Below, in pieces: positions 25,283 to 32,933 of a stretch of DNA of 33,076 nucleotides. The position numbers and the translations under genes are program-made. Where the stretch lies: contig CAYIWE010000002.1 in NCBI GenBank assembly GCA_964367025.1, positions 1-33,076 of the forward strand, given 5' to 3'. The notes below the pieces were generated by a model, which had not been told where the DNA came from, did no database searches, and saw nothing but the letters and a program-made list of their open reading frames with translations. How positions within the stretch are numbered: position 1 is the stretch's first letter; each line of letters starts with the position of its first letter. The DNA comes from Candidatus Woesearchaeota archaeon. Its GTDB lineage: Archaea > Nanobdellota > Nanobdellia > SCGC-AAA011-G17 > ARS1178.

Positions 25283-26278
25283 ATGAAAGAGATACGAGAA
25301 GTAGTTTTATTTGTTACTGAAAATTGTAATTTGGATTGTGATTATTGTTATGTTAAAGATAAGAATGGAAAAAATTTGGATTTTGATACCGGTAAAAAAG
25401 CTATTGATCTATTAAAAAGTTCTAAAAGCGAAGAAAAATTATTGCATTTCTTTGGCGGAGAACCTTTATTGAATTTTGATGTTGTTAAGAAATTAGTTGA
25501 ATATGGTGATGGAGTTAAATTCCAGATTAGTACTAATGGAATTTTATTAAATAATGAAATCTTAGATTTTTGCAAAAAAAATAAAATAAGATTGGCAATT
25601 AGTTTGGATGGTGATGAGGCATCACATAATAAACATAGGGGCATGTTCAATAAAATAAAAAAATGGAATTATGATGATATCTTTTATAGGATGACGGTTT
25701 ATCCAGATTTAGCTGGTAAAATTTTTCAAAATACTAAGTTTTTATATGAAAATTATTCTAAAAAAATAGATGTTGTACCTGCGTATGGTGTTGTTTGGAC
25801 TAAAAAAGATTTGGAAATTTTTGATAGAGAGTACGGGAAAATCTTAGATTTTTATTATGAAAACCTTGGTGATATACACATTTTAAGTGTTGAGGAAGAG
25901 TTTATTAATTTTATAAACCCGTATCAGAAGTACTGCCCTTTTATCAAGAATATTGTTGTTTTGCCCAATGGCGATATTATTTTTTGTCCTTATATACTTG
26001 TTTTTGACAAAGAAAAAAGAGGGTTGTATGTAGTTGGAAATGTTTTTGATGGTTTTAAAGGAAAATGGAAATTTTGTAATTATGGGAGCATAGAATGTAA
26101 GAATTGTTTTCCTGAACCTTATTGCCATTTAACTTGTTTAACTTATGATTTTAAGGATAAGAAATATTACGATGCCAATCTAATCTGCAATAATAACATG
26201 TTAAAGGAGATAATTATAAAACATAGTTTTAGAATATATAAAAAAATAAAAGATACTGACATTATTAAAATTAGGTAG
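25283..26278 (+). CDS. Radical SAM/SPASM peptide maturase (HxsC-like)
   Basis: 331 aa. The motifs are CNLDCDYC at residues 15-22, FFGGEPLLNF, STNGILLN and SLDGDEASHNKHRG. It carries an exact SPASM signature: C-x11-G-x4-C (CPFIKNIVVLPNGDIIFC) and CX2CX5CX3C (CKNCFPEPYCHLTC). Confidence 0.8.
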   Translation: MKEIREVVLFVTENCNLDCDYCYVKDKNGKNLDFDTGKKAIDLLKSSKSEEKLLHFFGGEPLLNFDVVKKLVEYGDGVKFQISTNGILLNNEILDFCKKNKIRLAISLDGDEASHNKHRGMFNKIKKWNYDDIFYRMTVYPDLAGKIFQNTKFLYENYSKKIDVVPAYGVVWTKKDLEIFDREYGKILDFYYENLGDIHILSVEEEFINFINPYQKYCPFIKNIVVLPNGDIIFCPYILVFDKEKRGLYVVGNVFDGFKGKWKFCNYGSIECKNCFPEPYCHLTCLTYDFKDKKYYDANLICNNNMLKEIIIKHSFRIYKKIKDTDIIKIR

Positions 26279-26287
26279 GTGTTATTG

Positions 26288-27616
26288 ATGATAGATGTTT
26301 TATTGGTTTACCCGTGTGATTATAAACAATTAAGCGGAGAGAAATTAGATATTTATGATACAAGAGAATTAGGTTTATTGTATTTAGCTAGTGTTTTAGT
26401 TAATAACGGGTATAGTGTAGAATTATTACCCGCTGTTTATAATTTAAAAGAATTGGAAAGTAAAATAAAAAAAATTGTCAGTGAAAATAATTTGAAATTG
26501 GTTGCTACTACTGGTTTAACTCATGAGTATCCTGCTGCTCAATGGATTTTAAAAAAAGTTAAAGAAGTTGATAAAAATGTTAAAACGGTCATTGGCGGAC
26601 AACATGTTACATGGTTAGCCAAAGAAGTTTTAATTGAAAGTCCGTATATTGATATTGTTGCTAAAGGCGAAGGAGAGGTTGTTATCTTAGATTTACTTAA
26701 GAAAAATTTGAAAGATGTAAAAGGGATAGTTTATAGAGAAAATGGCGTTATTAAAGAGAATGATATCAATGAATTTTGCAAAGAGATAATTTTATTGAAT
26801 GAGGATGTTCTAAAAAATTACTTAAGAAAAATTACTGAGAAGTTTGATGGAATCAAGTTTAATTTGAGTTCTAGCAGGGGATGTCCTTATAATTGTTTGT
26901 ATTGTAGTGAAGTCAAGTTCTGGGGCAATTTTGTTAGAAACAAACCAGTTAAAGACACTATTAATGAATTGGATATTTTTTGCAATAGTAAAACCCGCAA
27001 TAAAATAATCTGTTTTTGGGATAGTACTTTTACTGTTGACCCCAAGTATACAAAAGAATTGTGTAGTGCTGTTAAAAAAAAGAACTACGATTTTGGTTTT
27101 TGGTGTTATACGCGTGTTGATACTTACAACAAAGATATAGCGGGTGTTTTGAGAAGTGCTGGTTTTAACAGTCTGGCTTTTGGAGTTGAACATTTTCATC
27201 CTGAAGTTTTGAAGACTATGGGGAAAAATATTAGTGAAGAACAGATTAAAAAAGCTTTGGAAAATGCAAAGGAATTGAATCAACTTACAAGGGTTTATTT
27301 TATTACTGGACATCCTGGAGATAATGTCGAAAGAACTTTGTATTCCTATCAAAGAGCCAAGAGATTTATTGATTTGGGGTTAATTGATATGGTACAACCT
27401 TTTATTTTTGTTCCGTATCCTGCTACTGATGTTTTTAAAAATCCTTTAAGATATAATGCTGAAATTTTAAGTTATAACTGGATAAAATATATGAGAGATA
27501 CATATCCTGTTATAGAGTACAAGGATTTTAGCGCGGATGAAATATATTATTTATTTATGTTATTCGAAAAACTAAAATTGAAAAATAAAGAGGAATTTTA
27601 CGGAGTTGATGCTTAA
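26288..27616 (+). CDS. Class B (cobalamin-binding domain) radical SAM enzyme
   Basis: About 442 aa from ATG 26288 (AGGTAGGTG Shine-Dalgarno; GTG 26279 is an alternative start). The N-terminal B12-binding-like domain has VLLVYP, GGQHVT and VAKGEGEVVILDLL. The radical SAM core carries SSSRGCPYNCLYCSE. Confidence 0.8.
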   Translation: MIDVLLVYPCDYKQLSGEKLDIYDTRELGLLYLASVLVNNGYSVELLPAVYNLKELESKIKKIVSENNLKLVATTGLTHEYPAAQWILKKVKEVDKNVKTVIGGQHVTWLAKEVLIESPYIDIVAKGEGEVVILDLLKKNLKDVKGIVYRENGVIKENDINEFCKEIILLNEDVLKNYLRKITEKFDGIKFNLSSSRGCPYNCLYCSEVKFWGNFVRNKPVKDTINELDIFCNSKTRNKIICFWDSTFTVDPKYTKELCSAVKKKNYDFGFWCYTRVDTYNKDIAGVLRSAGFNSLAFGVEHFHPEVLKTMGKNISEEQIKKALENAKELNQLTRVYFITGHPGDNVERTLYSYQRAKRFIDLGLIDMVQPFIFVPYPATDVFKNPLRYNAEILSYNWIKYMRDTYPVIEYKDFSADEIYYLFMLFEKLKLKNKEEFYGVDA

Positions 27617-28482
27617 TGGTTTTTATTAAGTTCCATAATGAGTGCAATAATAATTGTCTGAGTTGCAGAAGCAGGGAATGGAATAAAATTGAATTTAATG
27701 ATATTAAAAACGAAGTTATGGAAAAATTAAAACCGGGCGTTGTTTTTGAATTTGTTGGCGGAGAACCGTTTATTAAAGAAGATATCTTTGATTTATTGGG
27801 TATTATTAAGAATAATTTAAGCAGGTATAAGTTTTATAGTAATGGCAGGTTATTTTTTTATAAGGATTTTGTTGAGAAATACCATGATTATTTGAATTGT
27901 GTTGTAATTACTTTTTTTGGCGACACAAAAGAAAAACACGATAAATTTACTAGAGTGGACGGAAGTTTTGATCAAGCTTTTGAGGGTTTAAAAAATTTAA
28001 TTTATTTTGATGTTAAGGTTGTTTGTAACCTGTATAATTGTAGGGAAGAATTTGCTAAAAAATTAATTGATTTTGGGGTTAGTGAGATTTATATTACAGA
28101 GGATGGTGATGGGGAAGAATTTGTTTATAGTTGTTTTAGTGATAAAGTAAAACAAAGAAAATACGAATTTGATAGGATAGCGATACCCCTTGTGTCTATG
28201 AATCATACTGATTTTAACTTAGATTTGTTTGATTTGTTAGTTGGTGTTAAATTTTATTTGAATAAAGACGTTGTATTTTCTAAAAAAGAAGATAATTGTT
28301 ATTTGTATAAACTTAATAGTTTTACTTCTTGTGATTTAAATGAAGATGGGTTTGAATTAATCAAAAGCATAGATGGGAAAGATGTTGGGGTTATATTAAA
28401 AAAATATCCGGAAACAATCCATAATAAAATTTTATTATTTTTGCAGAATTTAATAGAAGATGGTTTTTTAGAGACAAGATAA
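27616..28482 (+). CDS. Radical SAM enzyme fused to a C-terminal PqqD-like (RRE) domain
   Basis: 288 aa. It has CNNNCLSC at residues 10-17 and FEFVGGEPFIKEDIFDLL, but no SPASM cysteine array. The last ~65 aa (YLYKLNSFTSCDLNEDGFELIKSIDGKDVGVILKKYPETIHNKILLFLQNLIEDGFLE) fit the PqqD-family pattern. Its ATG overlaps the preceding stop (TAATG). Confidence 0.7.
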   Translation: MVFIKFHNECNNNCLSCRSREWNKIEFNDIKNEVMEKLKPGVVFEFVGGEPFIKEDIFDLLGIIKNNLSRYKFYSNGRLFFYKDFVEKYHDYLNCVVITFFGDTKEKHDKFTRVDGSFDQAFEGLKNLIYFDVKVVCNLYNCREEFAKKLIDFGVSEIYITEDGDGEEFVYSCFSDKVKQRKYEFDRIAIPLVSMNHTDFNLDLFDLLVGVKFYLNKDVVFSKKEDNCYLYKLNSFTSCDLNEDGFELIKSIDGKDVGVILKKYPETIHNKILLFLQNLIEDGFLETR

Positions 28483-28498
28483 TAGAAAAGTTTTTATT
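28481..28498 (+). promoter_or_regulatory. Putative BRE/TATA promoter for 28541 gene
   Basis: aatagaaaagtttttatt. It shares the 13-mer aatagaaaagttt with 29050-29062. A GTGGAG Shine-Dalgarno-like sequence lies just before ATG 28541. Confidence 0.4.
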
Positions 28499-28540
28499 GT
28501 TTGGTGATTCAATTATAAACAAGTAAATTGTGGAGTTAAT

Positions 28541-28996
28541 ATGTTAGAAAGGCCATTACTAAGAGATCCAATAGATTATATTTCTGAATATATTGGTTTG
28601 AGATCCAAAAAAGTAAAAAGATATAAGAAAATTAGTTTTGAGCAAGCAGTTAAAAGGTTTCTTCCAAAAGGAACACTTGAAAGGATGATAGATGATGGAG
28701 TTGTTCCTGATGAGAAGAAGTATGATGGGGATTTAAATATGACTGAGCGCGCTAAAAAAGTTTCATATATTTTGGAAATGTTTCATTCTTTATGTATGAG
28801 ACGTGAAACGTTAAGACCGTATTTCGAAACTTCAAAAAAAGGTATGGAATGGTTCAATTCAAATTTTTATGATTCTGAATTATTGAAGCGGATAGATGAT
28901 ATGATAACAAGAGATGTGATCGAACAAGGTTATTATCTTAGGCAATGTGAGCTAATAGAGATAAGTAAAGGAAGATTTGATAGGTTTATTGGATAA
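28541..28996 (+). CDS. Hypothetical cytoplasmic protein
   Basis: 151 aa with no TM helix and no motif I recognise. The coding call rests on ORF length, the Shine-Dalgarno sequence and the upstream promoter-like element. Confidence 0.5.
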   Translation: MLERPLLRDPIDYISEYIGLRSKKVKRYKKISFEQAVKRFLPKGTLERMIDDGVVPDEKKYDGDLNMTERAKKVSYILEMFHSLCMRRETLRPYFETSKKGMEWFNSNFYDSELLKRIDDMITRDVIEQGYYLRQCELIEISKGRFDRFIG

Positions 28997-29049
28997 TTTT
29001 AGAAATTTTGTTTATAAGTTTTAGATAAACTGGTTAATGATACGAAGGT

Positions 29050-29069
29050 AATAGAAAAGTTTAAATATA
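29050..29069 (+). promoter_or_regulatory. Putative BRE/TATA promoter for 29093 gene
   Basis: aatagaaaagtttaaatata. The TATA-like tttaaatata lies about 25-30 nt before ATG 29093, and the 13-mer is shared with 28481-28493. Confidence 0.45.
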
Positions 29070-29092
29070 AAATTAGGTAGTTTTTTATATAT

Positions 29093-30913
29093 ATGTTAAT
29101 CAAAAGAGATGTTAGATTTTTAAGCATTTTTTTAATATTAATTTTGGTTTTTGCAATCGTTTCTTATGCTGAAGATGTATCTAGAATCTCTTATAGAGAG
29201 GACAATATTGAGAATTATTACGCCACTAATATGAAAATTGGTGTTTTTAGAGTTCCAACAGGCACTGATAGGGATTTTATTCTTGAAAACCAAAATTTGT
29301 GGGAAAATTGGGAAGTTATGACTAATATTGATAGAGATATGGATGGTAGGGATGATAGTGGTAATGGTGGTACTGGGTGTGATATTTCAACTTTACAAAA
29401 AACAAATGATACTTGTCTTGCGATGGTTAATAAGTATCATTATTGTAAAAGCGAGGGAGATTATTATGCAACTTTAGTTGTTGAAGATAGCAAGGGTGAA
29501 ACAACAAAAGAGTTATCAGAAGTTTGTGATAATAGTTTAGGTATTCTTTTGATTGTTTTGGGTGTTTTGGGTGTTGTTGCTGGTATTGCTACTGGAAATC
29601 CTGAAATTGGCTCGGCTATAGGTTTAATTGTTGGTCTTGTATCGAAATTTTCCAGTGATAGTGTTGAGGTTACTGATGATACAGGTATGGTTGTTTCTGA
29701 TGTTACAGGAGATGCTGTTTATACTGGAATGGCAAGCGATTCTGATTCTGGTGGTGGTTTTTTAAGCGGTCTTGGTGGTGGTGGAGGTATTGCTGCGTCT
29801 GTTGGTGGTTTAGCTGCAGTTATTCTTGGTTCTCAAGACTCTCTTCAAGGTACTGTTGAAATTTTTAATGAATCATCTCCTGGCGCTTCATTTATGATTG
29901 GCGGCTTTCAAGATTTATCCGATCTTTATAAATTAAAGCCGAATAAAGTAGACAAATTTCTTGTAGATAATGGATTTAATAGTAATGGGTATGATGGTTA
30001 TCCTGCATTTCTTTTTACTGTAAATCATAATACTAAAGAAATGTGTGAGTGTGCTGGTTATACTTGGACTGGTATATGTGATAAAACAAAAAACCGTGAT
30101 TATGATAATGATGGTGTTTTGGATCATGATGGAAATGGAGTACAAGTAGATAAATGCCCTGGAACTTCTTTAGGAGAATCAGTTGATATTAATGGGTGCA
30201 GTAATAAACAAAAATTAGAATTAGGCGATCCAACTGATTTTAGGTTTGAATTTAATACTAATAAAGAAGTTAGTTATGAGAGGCCTAAATTTGAAATTGG
30301 ATTAAAGGATGGGTCAGTATTACCTCCTGATGAGACATTTGATTTAACTATTTATTTGTCTCAATATATTGGTGAAAATGGAAATTGCAAATATGAAAAT
30401 GAAGATGGCAATATTGGAACATTTTATTGTAATGCTCAACCTTTGGAGAATTTTGTTCCTTATGAGGGTTATAATTGGCCGTGTTCAGTTACTGGTGTAT
30501 TCTCAGTAGATGAAGGAAATCACGAGGACTTTACTATGACATGTACTTATGAAGATGGACGCAGTGATAAGAGAAGTGTAAGATACTTTAGGGGAGAATC
30601 TAGTGCTTTACTTATTAATTATATTTGGAAAGATGGCAGTGATGATATGCTAGATGTTTATCTTAATGTGTATGGTGGTTGTAAGTATTGGTATGATGAA
30701 GAACAACCGAGTGATTATGAAGCTGATGGGGGATTATTCTTTACAGGAATATGCGATGAGGGTGATGATGGAATTGCGTGTGGTAGAGGGTATTATAAAC
30801 ATCTTAGAACAGAAGAACCCCTTACTCAGAACAGGATACATCTAATGTGCAAGGATGAATTAAATGAAATGATGGGAGTCCAGACTTATACATTCATCGG
30901 AATAGAAGAATAA
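29093..30913 (+). CDS. Secreted/membrane protein with Gly-rich hydrophobic region and a thrombospondin type 3-like Ca-binding repeat
   Basis: 606 aa with a signal peptide (FLSIFLILILVFAIVSYA/ED). Internal hydrophobic Gly-rich segments are LGILLIVLGVLGVVAGIATG and GGGFLSGLGGGGGIAASVGGLAAVILG. The DYDNDGVLDHDGNGVQVDKCPGT segment matches the D-x-D-x-D-G-x-x-D-x-x-D-x-C-P logic of TSP3 repeats, and the C-terminal half is Cys-rich. Confidence 0.55.
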   Translation: MLIKRDVRFLSIFLILILVFAIVSYAEDVSRISYREDNIENYYATNMKIGVFRVPTGTDRDFILENQNLWENWEVMTNIDRDMDGRDDSGNGGTGCDISTLQKTNDTCLAMVNKYHYCKSEGDYYATLVVEDSKGETTKELSEVCDNSLGILLIVLGVLGVVAGIATGNPEIGSAIGLIVGLVSKFSSDSVEVTDDTGMVVSDVTGDAVYTGMASDSDSGGGFLSGLGGGGGIAASVGGLAAVILGSQDSLQGTVEIFNESSPGASFMIGGFQDLSDLYKLKPNKVDKFLVDNGFNSNGYDGYPAFLFTVNHNTKEMCECAGYTWTGICDKTKNRDYDNDGVLDHDGNGVQVDKCPGTSLGESVDINGCSNKQKLELGDPTDFRFEFNTNKEVSYERPKFEIGLKDGSVLPPDETFDLTIYLSQYIGENGNCKYENEDGNIGTFYCNAQPLENFVPYEGYNWPCSVTGVFSVDEGNHEDFTMTCTYEDGRSDKRSVRYFRGESSALLINYIWKDGSDDMLDVYLNVYGGCKYWYDEEQPSDYEADGGLFFTGICDEGDDGIACGRGYYKHLRTEEPLTQNRIHLMCKDELNEMMGVQTYTFIGIEE

Positions 30914-30914
30914 A

Positions 30915-30931
30915 CAAAAATTTTATATAAA
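30915..30931 (+). promoter_or_regulatory. Putative BRE/TATA promoter for the three-gene pilin-like operon
   Basis: caaaaattttatataaa. The TATA box ttttatataa at 30921-30930 ends about 22 nt before ATG 30952 (leaderless spacing). Confidence 0.45.
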
Positions 30932-30951
30932 TTCCAAGGTTTTTTACTCTT

Positions 30952-31959
30952 ATGTTTAAAAAAGGGGTTTCTGGTATGCCGTTTGTTTGGATATTTATAG
31001 GGATAGTTGGTGCTATGTTTTTGTTATTTTTCATTAAATTGGCTTTTGATTTAAGAAATACTTCTCAGGATTTAAATGATAAAATAATGGTTTTAAAAGT
31101 TAAAGATATATTGGTTGGGGCTAGCAGTAGTCCAGGTTATTTTACTAAATTAAGTTTACCTTTAGCAGATGGAAGAATTTTAAATTTTAGTGGTGATAAT
31201 TATTTACAGATTTATAAAGGAGATAAATTGTTGGGACGTGTTAATATGGAGAACAATATTATATTTTCTCCTATTATTGAAAATAATAATGTTTTGTTAT
31301 GGGTTGATAGATGGAATGTTCCTTTTTATGCATCTAATTTTGTTTTTTTGATTACAGAGGATAAAAAGTATAATTTAAGGAGTTCTACTATTACTGGTGA
31401 TTTGGGATTTAGAGAATTAGATGGATTTATAAAAAAATTAAAGGATAAAATACCCTTTGAAGAAAATGTAGAGGTTGGTGGCCGCACGTATACTCCGTTG
31501 AGGAGTGGCGGTGATGATAAAATAATCATGTTTAGAGCTTCTAGTGGTGATTTAAATTGTAGAGGGAGTTCTTCAAATTCTGATGTTGAAGTAATTTTTG
31601 AAAAAGAAACTATGGATTCTGATTATATTTATGGTTATGTTTGTTATTGGGACAAAGAGAGAGTCCCATTTATTGGCAAGCAGATGATATACGGGGCTAT
31701 TTTCACAGATGAGTATGCTACTTTTAAGACTTTAAGCGAATTATCCTTTGAAAGATTAAAAAATTTGGTTGATTTGTATATTGAAAGAACAGAAGATAAT
31801 GAGATTTTACAGAAAAGTTTTGAGGATTTGAAGAAGGCTTTAGATAAAGACTTTGAAGATTTAAGTGATAGTGATTTAAAGAAAATTTATGATGCTATTG
31901 AACAATTAAACCATATCCATTACTTATTTGTCAATGAGAGGGGAAGATATGTTTATTAA
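30952..31959 (+). CDS. Class III signal peptide (pilin-like) protein
   Basis: 335 aa. The N-terminus is MFKKGVSGMPFVWIFIGIVGAMFLLFF (basic residues, Gly, then a ~20-residue hydrophobic helix). Confidence 0.5.
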   Translation: MFKKGVSGMPFVWIFIGIVGAMFLLFFIKLAFDLRNTSQDLNDKIMVLKVKDILVGASSSPGYFTKLSLPLADGRILNFSGDNYLQIYKGDKLLGRVNMENNIIFSPIIENNNVLLWVDRWNVPFYASNFVFLITEDKKYNLRSSTITGDLGFRELDGFIKKLKDKIPFEENVEVGGRTYTPLRSGGDDKIIMFRASSGDLNCRGSSSNSDVEVIFEKETMDSDYIYGYVCYWDKERVPFIGKQMIYGAIFTDEYATFKTLSELSFERLKNLVDLYIERTEDNEILQKSFEDLKKALDKDFEDLSDSDLKKIYDAIEQLNHIHYLFVNERGRYVY

Positions 31960-32422
31960 AGGACAATTGAGGATAAGTGAATCTATGATTGTTCTATTTG
32001 TTGTTTTTATTTTATTTTTATTTGCTTTTGGTTTTTATATCAAGGAATTAAAAAGCGGAATAAGTGACAAATTAAACGAGGAGAGAGATTTTAGTAATTT
32101 ATTGTTAATTAATTCTTTGATGACCAGTCCAGAACTTGGTTGTAGTAAGGATACTGTTGTTGAAATTGGTTGTTTGGATATGAAAAAAATTGATGCTTTT
32201 ATTAAATTAAGTGATAAAGAATTTTATAAGGAAGTTTTTGGAGAGAGCGTTATAAGTGTTAGTGGAATTTATCCAGATAGTTTTTCTTATGATCGGGAAA
32301 TTTATGATAATGCAATGGATGATTATGATTTAAAAATTGTTAGAGAGATTCCTGTTTCTTTGTATAACCCGGATAATAATGGGTATTTTATTGGTTTGTT
32401 AAAGGTGGAAGTTTATGCGTAA
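31949..32422 (+). CDS. Class III signal peptide (pilin-like) protein
   Basis: I place the start at ATG 31949 (GAGAGGGGAAG Shine-Dalgarno), giving MFIKGQLRISESMIVLFVVFILFLFAF. That is a K-G-Q prepilin-type cleavage motif followed by a hydrophobic helix. It overlaps the upstream gene by 11 nt. Confidence 0.55.
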   Translation: MFIKGQLRISESMIVLFVVFILFLFAFGFYIKELKSGISDKLNEERDFSNLLLINSLMTSPELGCSKDTVVEIGCLDMKKIDAFIKLSDKEFYKEVFGESVISVSGIYPDSFSYDREIYDNAMDDYDLKIVREIPVSLYNPDNNGYFIGLLKVEVYA

Positions 32423-32870
32423 AGGACAAATTGAAACCATGGGTTTAGTTGTAATAGTTTTACTGTTTATTTTAGGTTTGACTTTTTATGTTGTTTTTGT
32501 TGTTATGGAGAAAAATTATGATAGGAGTAGCACTGATGTTTATCAGACAATGTTTGCCAGTAATTCTTTGAATAGTGTTTTAAATTATAAGATTAGACCA
32601 AGTTGCCAGGATAAGGATATTGGAGATTATTTAATCAGTTTAGGTATGGGTGTTAGTGCTTGCGGAAAAACTGAAGATGATATAAAGGATGAAATTGGTA
32701 ATGCAATGATCAAAATTTTAGAGGGAAGTTATTTTGAGGGTTATTATGTTGAGGGAATGAAGGGTAAAGATTTATTTTTTGAATTAAACCGAGGCAATTG
32801 CAAGGAAAATCTTGTTGGTATTTTTAGTCCTAAGTATGTTATTTCTACTGGTTATAGTGTTAGATTATAA
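32415..32870 (+). CDS. Class III signal peptide (pilin-like) protein
   Basis: 151 aa with the N-terminus MRKGQIETMGLVVIVLLFILGLTFYVVFVV and an AAGGTGGA Shine-Dalgarno sequence. It overlaps the upstream gene by 8 nt. Confidence 0.55.
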   Translation: MRKGQIETMGLVVIVLLFILGLTFYVVFVVMEKNYDRSSTDVYQTMFASNSLNSVLNYKIRPSCQDKDIGDYLISLGMGVSACGKTEDDIKDEIGNAMIKILEGSYFEGYYVEGMKGKDLFFELNRGNCKENLVGIFSPKYVISTGYSVRL

Positions 32871-32933
32871 ATTTGCAAGTAATCAATTTGTATAGTTAAT
32901 CACATCAATTTTTATAAAAACTTGTTAGGATTC

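Noticed and set aside
26822-27352. 176-aa minus-strand ORF inside the B12-binding radical SAM gene
   Set aside because: It is antisense to a gene with clear domain motifs (GGQHVT, CPYNCLYC). Its own sequence has no motif and no ribosome-binding or promoter context. Long shadow ORFs are common in AT-rich genomes.
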